DNA from: an uncultured bacterium
GTDB taxonomy: Bacteria; UBP7; UBA6624
Direction: 5' to 3'
DNA: 64,000 bases
Assembly: GCA_964507645.1 (NCBI GenBank)
Contig: CAZDPU010000001.1
Span: forward strand, 61,313-125,312
The translations under genes and the position numbers were made by a program. Positions 20,008 through 29,362 of the stretch are shown here, in pieces. The notes under the pieces are model-generated. The model did not search any database and was not told the DNA's origin. It saw nothing but the letters and a program-made list of their open reading frames with translations. The stretch's first letter is position 1, and every line of letters starts with the position of its first letter.

Positions 20008-20896
20008 TTTGAGAGGTTTAGTCAGTTCTAGGGAATTAAACAAAGACAATCTAGAGGTTTTATTTTCGGACGCTAAATCTTTAAAGGGTAAAAAAGCAAA
20101 AAAAACATTGCCTCAAAATTTAGGTTCTTCTGAGATGGGAACTGTGGCATTGCTTTTTGAAGAGCCCTCAACACGAACAAAGACATCTTTTAACGAGGCT
20201 GTCTATACACTCGGAGGAAGGACTGTTTATTTTGATTTCAAGAGCTCTTCTTTATCAAAAGGGGAAACTTTTGAGGAAACCATTTTCAATTTAAATTCTT
20301 TAGAAATTAATGGGATTGTTATGAGAACATCACAAGAAGGCTTGCCTTCTAAACTAAAAAAACTAAATTTAAATATGTGGATAATAAATGCAGGAGATGG
20401 AAAAGGAGAGCATCCAACACAAGCCCTCGGGGATACTTTTTGTTTAATGAATTCAATTGGATTGAGCAAAAAAAGAATAACAATAATTGGAGATGTTGAA
20501 CATAGCAGAGTTGCGCATTCCTTGATTAATCTTTGGCCAAAGTTGGGTGTTGAGTTGTCTTTATTGCCAACATCAAAATTCAAAACCAGATTAAAAACTT
20601 TTGAGAGCTTGAAAGAGGCACAGGATAGTTCTGATGTCTTGTATGTTTTAAGGCCTCAAAAAGAAAGATGGAATCAAGAAGGTGACAATGTTATTGATTC
20701 TTATTCAAGATTAACAGTCAAATCGTTAAATGAAAATCAATATTTAATGGCCCCTGGCCCAACAATGCCTGATGTTGATATTTCTTTAGGGTTAATTCAT
20801 CATGAAAGATCTCTTGTCTTTCAGCAGGTTAACTGGGGCATTTATGGAAGGATGGCTATAATGAGACATTTGAGTAATGGTGGAAAATTTGAATAA
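20000..20896 (+). CDS. pyrB: Aspartate carbamoyltransferase catalytic chain (divergent)
   Basis: TTG start overlapping hppA stop. Carbamoyl-phosphate-binding STRTKTSF (canonical STRTR) and HPTQAL; carA immediately downstream. Confidence 0.7.
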   Translation: MVDLRGLVSSRELNKDNLEVLFSDAKSLKGKKAKKTLPQNLGSSEMGTVALLFEEPSTRTKTSFNEAVYTLGGRTVYFDFKSSSLSKGETFEETIFNLNSLEINGIVMRTSQEGLPSKLKKLNLNMWIINAGDGKGEHPTQALGDTFCLMNSIGLSKKRITIIGDVEHSRVAHSLINLWPKLGVELSLLPTSKFKTRLKTFESLKEAQDSSDVLYVLRPQKERWNQEGDNVIDSYSRLTVKSLNENQYLMAPGPTMPDVDISLGLIHHERSLVFQQVNWGIYGRMAIMRHLSNGGKFE

Positions 20897-21950
20897 GGCT
20901 TTTTTGGCATTGAATGACGGAACCGTTTATGAAGGGGTTTCAATAGGGAAGGAAGCAACCAGTGTTGGCGAGGTTGTGTTTACAACAAACATGACAGGCT
21001 ATCAGGAGGTCCTAACAGATCCTTCATATGCTGGACAGATTGTTACTTTCACATATCCAATGATTGGAAATTATGGTGTTTCCAGTGATTTTGACGAATC
21101 AACCTGTCAAGCTGCAAAAGGCTTGATAATTAAAGAATTTCATGGTTTAGAAACAGAGAAGAGAAAGGGCTTAGATTCTTGGCTGAAAGAGAAGAATATC
21201 ACAGGAATATCTGAAATAGATACAAGGTCCTTGACTCAAAAAATAAGATCAAAAGGAGTTGTTCCAGGTGGTATCAGTTCAGTTCTCAGTAGCGAAGACC
21301 TAATCAGGGTTGTAAAAGATTCTCCAGCAATAGAAAGTTTAGATTTGGTTAGTGGTGTAAGTGTAAAAAACAAAATCATCCACGATGGAGATGGTCCTGT
21401 TATTGCCTTGTTGGACCTTGGTGTTAAAAAATCAATTATCAAATACTTGCTTCAAGAAGGTTTTAAGGTTGTTCAATATCCTTGTTCAACAACAGCAGAA
21501 GAAATCCTGAAGGATAATCCTGATGGGGTTGTTGTTAGTCCGGGACCCGGAGATCCAAAGGCAGTAGGGGGGATTGTTGACACTGTTCGAATTCTTGCAA
21601 AAGCAAAACCTTATTTGGGTATATGCCTCGGACACCAATTACTCGCTTTAGCCTTTGGGGGAGATACATTTAAATTGAAGTTTGGTCACAGAGGAGGCAA
21701 TCATCCAGTTCTTGATAATTCAACTGGCCGAGCTGTTATTACAACACAGAATCACGGATACTCAGTGGATCCTGCTAGTTTAAAAAATACAGATCTTCAT
21801 GTAACACATACTGCATTAAATGACAACACTGTAGAAGGAATAGCTCACAAAAGTCTTCCTGTTATGGCTATCCAGTTTCATCCAGAAGCAAGTCCTGGTC
21901 CTCTAGATAGTTTAGGTATTTTTTCTAAATTTAAAAAAATATTTAATTAG
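20877..21950 (+). CDS. carA: Carbamoyl-phosphate synthase small (glutaminase) subunit
   Basis: CarA N-domain (LALNDGTVYEGVSIG...GEVVFTTNMTGYQE) and class I GATase triad context GICLGHQLLALAFGG...H...E. No carB adjacent. Confidence 0.9.
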   Translation: MVENLNKAFLALNDGTVYEGVSIGKEATSVGEVVFTTNMTGYQEVLTDPSYAGQIVTFTYPMIGNYGVSSDFDESTCQAAKGLIIKEFHGLETEKRKGLDSWLKEKNITGISEIDTRSLTQKIRSKGVVPGGISSVLSSEDLIRVVKDSPAIESLDLVSGVSVKNKIIHDGDGPVIALLDLGVKKSIIKYLLQEGFKVVQYPCSTTAEEILKDNPDGVVVSPGPGDPKAVGGIVDTVRILAKAKPYLGICLGHQLLALAFGGDTFKLKFGHRGGNHPVLDNSTGRAVITTQNHGYSVDPASLKNTDLHVTHTALNDNTVEGIAHKSLPVMAIQFHPEASPGPLDSLGIFSKFKKIFN

Positions 21951-22533
21951 TTTTTAAATTTAAATCTATCCAATTCTGTAGTTTTTTCATGTTTTTTCCC
22001 CTATGAGAAACTTTTTCTTTTTCTAAGATTGGAGCTTTTCCAAAAGATTTATTTAAATCCTTGCTGAAGAAAATTGGATCATATCCAAAACCTTGACCCC
22101 CAGAAGGTTTTTCTAGAATAGAGCCTTCACAAGATGATTCCCAAAAGATTGTTCCATATTTGTTTGAGACCAATGCAAAAACTGAAATATATCTTGCGGT
22201 TCTTTTTTCAATAGGCACACCTTTTAACTCTTGCAGCATTTTTTTATTGGAGGATTCTTCTGTTTTTGCATATCGTGCAGAATGGACTCCCGGTCTTCCT
22301 CCAAGAGCATCAACCTCTATTCCCGCATCTTCAGAAATGATTACAAATGATTTGTCAATTTTGTTTTTCCAATAATTTGCCTTTATAAAAGCATTTTCTC
22401 GAAATGTTTTACCATTTTCTTCTGGGGTGTCTTTTAGTCCAAGGTCCGAAAGGGAAAAAATTTGACAATTTTTAATAGATTTTGAAAACTCTTTAATTTT
22501 GCCTTTTGAATGTGTTGCAAAAAGTATTTTCAT
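21943..22533 (-). CDS. rdgB: dITP/XTP pyrophosphatase (Ham1/RdgB family)
   Basis: MKILFATHSKGKIKEF...EDAGIEVDALGGRPGVHSARY...GFGYDPIF signature. Convergent overlap with carA. Confidence 0.85.
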   Translation of the reverse strand: MKILFATHSKGKIKEFSKSIKNCQIFSLSDLGLKDTPEENGKTFRENAFIKANYWKNKIDKSFVIISEDAGIEVDALGGRPGVHSARYAKTEESSNKKMLQELKGVPIEKRTARYISVFALVSNKYGTIFWESSCEGSILEKPSGGQGFGYDPIFFSKDLNKSFGKAPILEKEKVSHRGKNMKKLQNWIDLNLKTN

Positions 22534-22537
22534 TAAC

Positions 22538-23485
22538 TTATTTTTCTTTTAGTATGAAAATTTTGTCTCCAGTTTCGAATTTGAAATTTGGAGCAGGGTT
22601 GATGTATGTTTCCCCTTTCCTTCTAACAGCAAGGACGATACCTTTTTCCTTTTCTCTTATATTGCTTTCCGATATAGTTTTTTCATTAAGATAATTTGAT
22701 TTAACTTCAAGTTCATGGATGGGATTTTTCGAACTTGAGTTTGTTATTATTTCTAGAAAGTCATGTTTTTCTGGATTTTTTACCGCTCTGGCTAACCATG
22801 GCCCTATAAGTTCAAAAGGAGAAATAACCTTATTCGCTCCTGCTTGACTCAACCTTGCAACAGCATCTTTTGAGAAAGCTCTAGCAACAATTGAAATTTC
22901 AGGCGAAAGATTCCTTGCTGCCAAGGTTAGAAAAACATTGTCTGAATCAGATCCAAGACACGCTATCAAGCCGCTTGCTTTTTTTACTCCCGCTTTCAAG
23001 AGGGTGTCATCAATTGTTGCATCCCCAAGAACATATGAATTTTTTTTATTTTTAATTTCAGAAATTTCTTCTTGGCTTTTTTCTATAATTACAAATTTCT
23101 TATTTGATTTTTCCAATTCTTCAGCTACTTTTTTCCCCATTCTTCCTAAACCGCAAATAATTACATGTTTAGATGTTTTTTTTATTGTTTGTTCCATTCT
23201 TCCTCTCCTGTAAATTTCTCTAAAATGTCCATCTGAAATTGCCTTGGTTGTTTCTATAACCACCAATGAAAATACCGAAAGTCCGCTCATTATCAAAATT
23301 ATTCCGATTAATTTTCCGGGGTTAGTTTCAGGCCCAGCAACATTTCCTACTGTGCTTATTGTTGTTATTGTTAGATAAAGTGCATCTGCTGCCTCAAGAC
23401 CTTCCCATTTTTTAAAAGCTTCAGTTCCAATAACTACTATGAGAAGAAGAGTAGCTAAAAGCCCACTTATTTTTCTTCTATTCAT
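22538..23485 (-). CDS. 2-TM pore-loop cation channel with cytosolic RCK (TrkA-N/TrkA-C) domain, non-canonical filter
   Basis: TM1-pore helix-TM2 (GLLATLLLIVVIG / ADALYLTITTISTVGNVAGPE / LIGIILIMSGLSVFSLVVI) then Rossmann HVIICGLGRMGKKVAEEL. Filter TVGNVAG instead of TVGYGD. Confidence 0.75.
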   Translation of the reverse strand: MNRRKISGLLATLLLIVVIGTEAFKKWEGLEAADALYLTITTISTVGNVAGPETNPGKLIGIILIMSGLSVFSLVVIETTKAISDGHFREIYRRGRMEQTIKKTSKHVIICGLGRMGKKVAEELEKSNKKFVIIEKSQEEISEIKNKKNSYVLGDATIDDTLLKAGVKKASGLIACLGSDSDNVFLTLAARNLSPEISIVARAFSKDAVARLSQAGANKVISPFELIGPWLARAVKNPEKHDFLEIITNSSSKNPIHELEVKSNYLNEKTISESNIREKEKGIVLAVRRKGETYINPAPNFKFETGDKIFILKEK

Positions 23486-24488
23486 TATTTAAGCCTCTCC
23501 TCCCCCCTGCTTCTTTTAGGAGAGGTTTCCACCATTCTTGATTATTGATGTACCATCTAATTGTTTCTTGTATGCCTTCAGTAAAATTTATTTCCGGTTT
23601 CCAGCCTAGATTTTCTCTTATTTTCCTATCGTTAACTTCATATCTCCAATCATGACCAGGTCTGTCTTTTACAAATTCAATTTTTTCCTCAGCTATATCC
23701 ATAAATGACAATATATCCTTGGCTATTTCTATATTTCTTTTTGGGTTGTCTGCACCGATGTTGTATATCTCTCCACTCAAGCCTTTTTGCCAAACCGCCT
23801 CTATAGCCTTTATATGGTCATTTACATGTATCCAATCTCTGATATTCCTTCCATCTCCATACATTGGCAAGTTTTCATTATTTAGAGCTTTTTTTATCAA
23901 TACTGGAATTAATTTTTCAGGATATTGATATGGTCCATAATTATTTGAACACCTTGTTATGCAGATGTCCATTCCAAAAGTTTCATAGTAAGAGAGGCAG
24001 AGGAGGTCAGAAGATGCTTTTGATGCAGAGTAGGGAGACCTTGGAAGCAAAGGGCATTCCTCAGTGCTTGGTTTTTGAGATTCATTTAACGAACCATAAA
24101 CTTCATCAGTGCTAACTGCAATGAATTTTTCAACATTCACTTTCTTTGATTCCTCCAATAGGCAATGTGTTCCAAGGATGTTTGTTGTAATGAAGTCATC
24201 TGAGCTGTCTATAGATCTGTCAACATGAGATTCGGCAGCAAAATGTATTACAGAGTTTGTATTTTGAAAAATTTCAGAAATTAGTTTTTTATCTCTTATG
24301 TCACCATGAACAAGTTGATAATTAGAAAAATCCTCTATTTCTTTTAAGTTTAATTTATTGCCAGCGTATGTTAGCAAGTCTAAATTAATAAAGTTATATT
24401 CTTTGTATTTTGGAACTGCATATCTTAAAAAAGCACTACCTATAAAACCACATCCACCAGTAACTAAAATATTTTTTTTCAAGTTCAT
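23478..24488 (-). CDS. rfbB: dTDP-glucose 4,6-dehydratase
   Basis: SDR extended family: ILVTGGCGFIGSAF, STDEVYG, YSASKASSD catalytic YxxxK. Confidence 0.9.
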   Translation of the reverse strand: MNLKKNILVTGGCGFIGSAFLRYAVPKYKEYNFINLDLLTYAGNKLNLKEIEDFSNYQLVHGDIRDKKLISEIFQNTNSVIHFAAESHVDRSIDSSDDFITTNILGTHCLLEESKKVNVEKFIAVSTDEVYGSLNESQKPSTEECPLLPRSPYSASKASSDLLCLSYYETFGMDICITRCSNNYGPYQYPEKLIPVLIKKALNNENLPMYGDGRNIRDWIHVNDHIKAIEAVWQKGLSGEIYNIGADNPKRNIEIAKDILSFMDIAEEKIEFVKDRPGHDWRYEVNDRKIRENLGWKPEINFTEGIQETIRWYINNQEWWKPLLKEAGGRRGLNNE

Positions 24489-24576
24489 TTCAATATTAAA
24501 CTCTTTGTGATTTTTTTAGTATTTTTTCCTGTGTTTTTTGGGTCTTTTTTTGAGTTCTTAATTCGAATAATCTCCA

Positions 24577-26037
24577 TTAATATCTGTAATCTTCTGATTT
24601 ATAGGGGCCTTCGACAGATACCTGTATGTACCTTTCTTGTTCTTTTGTTAATTTTGTTAATTTTCCATTGAAGTGTTTCATGTGAAGCTTTGCGACTTTT
24701 TCATCCAATTTTTTACTAAGAGTTTCTACCCCTATCTTGTAATCGTTTTTAAATAAATCAATTTGTGCTAAAACTTGGTTAGCAAAAGAGCAAGACATAA
24801 CTAAGGAAGGATGTCCTGTTGCGCAAGCGAGATTAACCAATCTTCCTTCAGCTAGGATGATAATTGAATTCGATGATTTTAAAAAGGTCCAAAGGTGTAC
24901 GTTTTCCTTAATTTCTTCTTTTGTTACTTTTTTTTCTTTTTCCAATTCTTCTAGGCCAAGCATATCTATCTCATTGTCAAAGTGTCCTATATTGCACACT
25001 ATTGAATTATTTTTCATTTTTTGCATGTGTTTTGTATTTATTATGTTTTTGTTTCCTGTTGCTGTTACATAGATGTCAAAGTTTTCTTTGATGGCATCTT
25101 CTACCGTTATGACTCTAAGTCCTTTCATACATGCTTGTAGTGCGCATATTGGATCTATTTCAGAAACTGCAACAATTGCATTTTGACCCAATAAAGATTC
25201 ACATGATCCTTTTCCAACATCTCCATACCCACAAACAAGTGCTTTTTTGCCACTAATCAGGTTGTCCGTAGCTCTGTTTAAAGAGTCAACTAGTGAATGC
25301 CTACAGCCATAAATATTATCAAATTTACTTTTAGTGACAGAGTCATTTACATTTATTGCTGGAAATAAAAGATTTTTCGAATTATGCATTTGTTTTAATC
25401 TAAGGACTCCAGTTGTTGTTTCTTCGCTTACTCCTTTTATATTTTGAGACATTTTTCTCCAATAGTTATTTCCAAATTCTTTTTTTACCTTTTCTAAAAG
25501 TTCATTTATTATTTTCTGATCTAAGCTATTTTCTTTTTCGAGATTTGATGTTTTTTCAAATTTAACACCTTGGTGAATCAAGAGAGTGACATCTCCTCCA
25601 TCATCAATAATGAGATTAGGGCTTCTTTCTCCCCAGTTTAAAGATTGGAAAACACACCACCAGTATTCTTTTAGAGATTCACCTTTCCAAGCAAATACTG
25701 GTATTCTTTTTGATGCGATATAGCAGGCTGCATGATCTTGAGTAGAAAATATGTTACATGATGACCATCTCACTTCTGCACCTAGTTCAATCAGTGTTTC
25801 AATTAGTATTGCAGTTTGAACAGTCATATGTAGGCAACCAGTTATCAATGCTCCCTTTAGTGGTTTGTTTTTGTATTCTTTTGAAAGTTCTGTTAGGCCA
25901 GGCATTTCTCTTTTTGAGATTCTTATGTCTTTTTCTCCTAAAGCTATCATTTTTTTTGAGTTTGAAGAAACTAGATTCTCTAAGCTTTTCAATTCAAAAT
26001 TTTCAATTACGCTTTTGTCAAAATTTATTTTTGTCAT
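24577..26037 (-). CDS. ahcY: Adenosylhomocysteinase
   Basis: 486 aa; NAD-binding [12 protein letters not shown]; substrate domain motifs ([26 protein letters not shown]). Confidence 0.95.
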   Translation of the reverse strand: MTKINFDKSVIENFELKSLENLVSSNSKKMIALGEKDIRISKREMPGLTELSKEYKNKPLKGALITGCLHMTVQTAILIETLIELGAEVRWSSCNIFSTQDHAACYIASKRIPVFAWKGESLKEYWWCVFQSLNWGERSPNLIIDDGGDVTLLIHQGVKFEKTSNLEKENSLDQKIINELLEKVKKEFGNNYWRKMSQNIKGVSEETTTGVLRLKQMHNSKNLLFPAINVNDSVTKSKFDNIYGCRHSLVDSLNRATDNLISGKKALVCGYGDVGKGSCESLLGQNAIVAVSEIDPICALQACMKGLRVITVEDAIKENFDIYVTATGNKNIINTKHMQKMKNNSIVCNIGHFDNEIDMLGLEELEKEKKVTKEEIKENVHLWTFLKSSNSIIILAEGRLVNLACATGHPSLVMSCSFANQVLAQIDLFKNDYKIGVETLSKKLDEKVAKLHMKHFNGKLTKLTKEQERYIQVSVEGPYKSEDYRY

Positions 26038-26688
26038 TTAGTTATTTATCCAATCCTCTTTCAGATATACATTGTATTCAATTTCTGTTTTCAAATCAGT
26101 TGTCGGACCATGTCCGGGAAGCAGGTCATAATCTGAAGGTATCTTTTTTATGACAGTTTTTAAAGAATTTTTCATTTCTTTTTCATTACCTCCTGGAAGG
26201 TCCATTCTCCCTATTGATCCATTGAATATTAAATCACCACATAAAACATAGGATTTTCCAATAAAAATAACATGCCCTGGAGAATGCCCTGGGGTTTCTA
26301 AGACTTTTAGAGACTCCCCATTTGGCAGAATGATTTTTTCAAGGTTTAATTTTTTTATTTTTTTTGGCATTGGCAAATTGAACAATCCAAACATTTGACC
26401 AGAGTCTTTTTTAACCAAATGATAATCTTTTTCATTCAAGTAGACAGAAGAATTAAAAACATCTTGTATTTTTTTTACACCTATCCAATGATCTAAATGC
26501 CCATGAGTTAAGTATATTTTTTTTATCTGTAGGTTTTCTTCATTTGCTTTTTTGACAATTCTTTCAGGATCTCCACTTGGGTCAAAGACGATAGCTTCTT
26601 TTCCTTCGTTAAAGCTCATTAGGTAAGAATTTGTTCCAAATGGAGGTTGTTCAAATTTTCTTATTGTTATTTTTTGATATTTTTTCAT
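26038..26688 (-). CDS. MBL-fold metallo-hydrolase (glyoxalase II-like)
   Basis: HxHxDH motif THGHLDH, downstream Asp/His ligands (GHSPGH, GDLIF...PGHG). Confidence 0.8.
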   Translation of the reverse strand: MKKYQKITIRKFEQPPFGTNSYLMSFNEGKEAIVFDPSGDPERIVKKANEENLQIKKIYLTHGHLDHWIGVKKIQDVFNSSVYLNEKDYHLVKKDSGQMFGLFNLPMPKKIKKLNLEKIILPNGESLKVLETPGHSPGHVIFIGKSYVLCGDLIFNGSIGRMDLPGGNEKEMKNSLKTVIKKIPSDYDLLPGHGPTTDLKTEIEYNVYLKEDWINN

Positions 26689-27116
26689 GCTTCAAAAGAA
26701 TAAATTACTGGCCCATCTATAGTGTTTTCTAATTCCATAAACTCTCCAAAGAATCCTGGAAAAACCTCAAATTTTTCCATTCTTAACTTTTCACATGCTT
26801 CTTCAAAGATTTTTTTTGCCTTTTCTCCTTTCATGCAGTTTGAAAAATCAGGGGTTTTTCCTTTTTCCAACTTTCCAACGAGTGTAAAGTTTGGAACTAC
26901 GAGTATTCGGGTATTTTCTTTCGGAGGGATTTTTATCTTTCCATCTTCATCATTAAATATAGCTGTTTTTTTTATCCTTTTAGTAATTTTTTCCACCTCT
27001 GCTGGTCCATCATTTTTTTCTATTCCAAGAACAGCAATCAAACCTTTTGGAAGCTCATGCTTTTTTTGTGAGGATTTCAATTTGATATTTTTAGAGCGTA
27101 TCAAGATGCACTTCAT
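26685..27116 (-). CDS. dtd: D-aminoacyl-tRNA deacylase
   Basis: Aligns to Dtd (MKCILIRS..., LIAVLGIEKND, LVVPNFTLVG, PDFSN, IDGPVIY). Start reassigned to internal Met (ATG 27114-27116) which overlaps relA stop by 2 nt; ORF track's longer start 27149 would overlap relA by 37 nt. Confidence 0.8.
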   Translation of the reverse strand: MKCILIRSKNIKLKSSQKKHELPKGLIAVLGIEKNDGPAEVEKITKRIKKTAIFNDEDGKIKIPPKENTRILVVPNFTLVGKLEKGKTPDFSNCMKGEKAKKIFEEACEKLRMEKFEVFPGFFGEFMELENTIDGPVIYSFEA

Positions 27117-29362
27117 TGATCCATCGACCTTCTTGCTTCTATAACGCATTCAAGATTTTTCAAGTTGTTTAAGATGGAATTCAAGGCTGATAGGCTCTCA
27201 ACTTCTATCATGTATTTTGCATAACCAAGCTCAGGTTTTACTGATTTTACTTTTGTAAATGAGTCAAGAATATTTATATTTAATTTTCTAAAAGTATTCA
27301 GTACCTCAAAAAGAGATCCTTTTCTATTGAGAAGAGTCAGTATTATTTCAGAGGTGTAGAGATTTTTTTCTTTAAGGTTCCATTTTATTTGAATGAATTT
27401 TTTTGAATTTTCATTTGTTTTTCTTTTGACAATTATGTTTTCATCTTTAAGAATTCCTATTATCTTATCTCCAGGTATTGGTCTTGTTTTTTTACATATC
27501 GATATTTTTTTATATTTGATTTTCTTGAAAATAAATATTTTTCTCTCAAGAGAGACGTCTCTTTTTTGTGATGAAAAATTACCTTCCTTTATGATTTTTT
27601 GTTTTTCTCTTACCAGTTCTTTTAGCAATAAATCTATATCAATTGTTCCAATTCCAATTTTGTAAAAAAGATCATTTTCATCCTCTATAAAAAAATCATT
27701 TAATACCGTGCTTTTTTTAATACTTTTTTCATTTATTAAATCTAAATAATGAAACCCTTTCTCTTTTACGCTTTCATAGAATTTGTTTTTGCCAGATCCT
27801 TGAATTCTTTTTTTATTAAGCTTGTTCAGGTGATTTTTAATTTCTCTTTTTGCCTGTGTAGTTATTGTTTTGAAAATCCAATTTGGTTTGATTTCAACCT
27901 TTTTGCTTTTAACTATTTCAACTTCATCACCTATTTTTAACTTTTTATGAAGTTTTTCATCTTTTCCATTTATTTTTATTTTTTTAGTTTTTGATCCTAG
28001 ATTTGAATGTATTGCAAAAGCAAAATCCAAAGCAGTGGAGTTTTTTGGCAAGCTGATTTTGTCTCCTTTTGGGGTATATACAAAAATTCTTTCTTTGAAA
28101 AAGTTTTTTTGAAGCTCGTTAACAAAACTTTTTGTTGTTTTTTCCTTGGATTTTAATCGGAATTGAAGTCTTATCTTTTCCATTTTTTTAAGATTTTTTT
28201 CTATTTTTGGACTGAGGTTTGTTTTTTTGTATATCCAATGAGCAGCTTCACCCCATTCACACACTTCATGCATTTTTTCTGTTCTTATTTGAAGTTCTAT
28301 GAATGGCATTAGTTTTGTAGTTATTGCTGTATGAATCGATTGATAACCGTTGTCTTTAGGTGAAGCAATGTAGTCGTTAAAAAAACCTTGCAATGGTCGA
28401 CATGTGTTGTGAACCGAGCCAAGGATTTGATAGCAGTCGTTTTTTGTTTTTGTTATTATCCTTATTGCATAGATATCTCTAACTTCTTCAAAATTCAAAT
28501 TTTGTTCAGTTTTTTTTCTCCAAACACTGTGTATGTTTTTTTCTCTACTCAGGATTTGAAAGATGCATTTTGGAGAATTCTTTTTTATTTCTTTAGATAT
28601 CTTTTTTGAAATGTTTAAAAGCTCTCTTTTCTTTTTTGGGGCAAAGGTATCAATTATTTTTTTTGTTTTTTCATAATCATCTTTGTTCAGTATTTTGAAT
28701 ATTTCATCATCTAGAGATTGTTTTAAATTGTTTAATCCAAATCTAGAAGAAAGAGGTGAGTAAAATTCTGAACTTTCTCTTACGATACGTTCAATTCTTG
28801 CTTTGTTTTTTATTGCATTTAAAGTACTAAGATTATGTATTCTGTCTGATATTTTTATCATTAATATTCTTGGATCTGAAAATGTTAGTATGAATATTTT
28901 TTTTAAATTTTCTTCTCTTAGGTTCGATGATTTTTCTATGATATTTTTCATTTTTGTAACATTGTTTACCAGTAAAGCAACCTCTTCTCCAAAGTATGAA
29001 TTTATTTGATTTCTTGTTATGTGAGTGTCTTCAAGGACATCATGAAGGAGTGCTGCACAGATTGTTTCATTGTCAGAAAAAACTTCTTCAGTAAGTTTTT
29101 TTGCTACTTTGATGGGATGGTTTATGTAATTGCTTCCATCTTCTCTTTTTTGTCCTGCATGTGCAAAAAGAGAGAGGTTGAATGCATCTTTGATGAGTTT
29201 TGAATTAACTTTTTTTTTGTATTTTTTTTGCAAGCCTTTCAACCAGTTCGAAAATTCTTTTCTCTCTTTTAAAAACTCTCTTCTTGCTGGAGACGGAATT
29301 GGAAAGAGTTTTTCATTATTCATAGATCTTCGGTTTTCTGAACCCAGATCCAAAAGGTTCAT
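27113..29362 (-). CDS. relA: Bifunctional (p)ppGpp synthetase/hydrolase RelA/SpoT homolog
   Basis: HD hydrolase domain (HPIKVAKKL...LHDVLEDT), synthetase domain (DIYAIRII...GYQSIHTAI), TGS and ACT-like C-terminus. Confidence 0.9.
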   Translation of the reverse strand: MNLLDLGSENRRSMNNEKLFPIPSPARREFLKERKEFSNWLKGLQKKYKKKVNSKLIKDAFNLSLFAHAGQKREDGSNYINHPIKVAKKLTEEVFSDNETICAALLHDVLEDTHITRNQINSYFGEEVALLVNNVTKMKNIIEKSSNLREENLKKIFILTFSDPRILMIKISDRIHNLSTLNAIKNKARIERIVRESSEFYSPLSSRFGLNNLKQSLDDEIFKILNKDDYEKTKKIIDTFAPKKKRELLNISKKISKEIKKNSPKCIFQILSREKNIHSVWRKKTEQNLNFEEVRDIYAIRIITKTKNDCYQILGSVHNTCRPLQGFFNDYIASPKDNGYQSIHTAITTKLMPFIELQIRTEKMHEVCEWGEAAHWIYKKTNLSPKIEKNLKKMEKIRLQFRLKSKEKTTKSFVNELQKNFFKERIFVYTPKGDKISLPKNSTALDFAFAIHSNLGSKTKKIKINGKDEKLHKKLKIGDEVEIVKSKKVEIKPNWIFKTITTQAKREIKNHLNKLNKKRIQGSGKNKFYESVKEKGFHYLDLINEKSIKKSTVLNDFFIEDENDLFYKIGIGTIDIDLLLKELVREKQKIIKEGNFSSQKRDVSLERKIFIFKKIKYKKISICKKTRPIPGDKIIGILKDENIIVKRKTNENSKKFIQIKWNLKEKNLYTSEIILTLLNRKGSLFEVLNTFRKLNINILDSFTKVKSVKPELGYAKYMIEVESLSALNSILNNLKNLECVIEARRSMDQ

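Noticed and set aside
24489-24576. Largest intergenic spacer (88 bp) checked for sRNA/terminator/riboswitch
   Set aside because: T-rich but without a convincing inverted repeat or conserved riboswitch motif. Probably just the ahcY terminator / rfbB leader region.
25758-26153. 131-aa plus-strand ORF rich in Leu/Phe overlapping ahcY 5' end
   Set aside because: AT-rich antisense artefact; ahcY on the minus strand is unambiguous.
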